Origin: Phoronis australis
Taxonomy: Eukaryota; Animalia; Phoronida
Direction of reading: 5' to 3'
NCBI GenBank assembly: GCA_002633005.1
Contig: NMRA01000082.1
Coordinates: 721,988 to 785,987, forward strand
DNA length: 64,000 nt
Part shown: piece by piece, positions 63,150 to 64,000 of the stretch
Layout of the letters: each line of letters opens with the position of its first letter
Numbering within the stretch: position 1 is the first letter of the stretch
Position numbers and translations under genes: made by a program
The notes under the pieces: generated by a model
Told to the model about the DNA's origin: nothing
What the model saw: the letters and a program-made list of their open reading frames with translations, nothing else
Databases searched by the model: none

Positions 63150-64000
63150 NCCCCTTCCCCATCTGTGCTAACAACACATTTAGACATAAAGATGATTGCG
63201 TTTGTAGTGACTATTTGCACAAGGGAAGCGCAGGGACGCTGATGGCATTGAGAAATTATACCATTATGCTTGGCTTGAAATATAATAAAATGTCTTGCAT
63301 GATCACACCAGGTATGGCGACAGTCAAAAAGAGAATTCAAGGACCCACCCCCACATTGCGCATGACACATCGCGAAGCGGTGGCAATACAGTTTATACAT
63401 CCGGCAATACGTTCCGACGAACTGACTCCGGATGTTTATGAGGTTGAATATCGAGAGGCAAGTTTGATTTCATTGTACAGAAGAGAAAATTAAACCACAC
63501 AAGACATCTGTGTAAAAGAGGTAGTGTCGCTTGAAACGATGGGTTCGTGCACTAAATTAGTGTCTCGAACATTGAAATATCAAATGGGGATTATTATACG
63601 TTTATTTTTGCGTTTATGTGGTCCTGTCGCGCTTAGCTCGTACTGCTTTCAAGCTGTCGTGGTTTACCATTGGTATATAACAAATTCCATGTCTATATGT
63701 TAAAAGCAGTGTTCTAATTAATAAGGATATGTTATCCTTAAGCACTCACAATTTGCACATACGTTACAGGTCCAGTGGACGTACTTACGTTGGCTGCTGG
63801 CCGGGGTCATCCGTTTCAGGCCCTTGCAAAATTAAGTTACGGGTCTGTGAACGAGACATTTCTTTGTGTCCGTTTCATGAATGCCAATTATTATTTTCTG
63901 CAGGGTGGAGGATCATAAGGGGTTGGGAAGCTATAGCCGCCTACATTTTGCAGTGCTGTACCGCCCATGTCTCAGACAGTACATGTAAATATATTTGCAC
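63150..64000 (+). repeat. Near-identical duplicate of 61109-~61970, including an FN3 exon copy at 63312-63457
   Basis: Both copies start at the same base immediately after a single N (61109, 63150) and differ only by scattered substitutions and small indels. Confidence 0.9.

Overview
Eukaryotic, intron-rich animal DNA, probably a marine invertebrate (inferred; the species cannot be identified). It is a draft assembly with one 271-N gap and several single-N joins. Most short ORFs in the track are spurious. The real genes are two tandem + strand paralogs that I rebuilt from splice sites. Gene 1 (its 5' end lies left of the window; exons 2428-25448) encodes FN3, roughly 30-35 MEGF10/SREC-type EGF repeats, a TM helix and a 76-aa tail, and has internally duplicated exon blocks plus a dead copy of its last exon. 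Gene 2 (40772 to beyond 61436) encodes signal peptide, EGF, V-like Ig, EGF-like, FN3, TSP1 and FN3, and runs off the right edge. Introns and the intergenic region hold two internally deleted Kolobok-like transposons (THAP/transposase plus convergent KolX/P2X7-ballast-like remnants), a decayed Penelope-like retroelement with a minimal hammerhead motif, an Academ-like remnant, several MITEs and tRNA-like repeats. A ~670-bp satellite array switches orientation internally and forms a multi-kb inverted repeat. TACATGTA is strongly over-represented, and paralog comparisons show it arises as TA->TACATGTA insertions, the expected Tc1/mariner excision footprint. All coordinates were read by eye.
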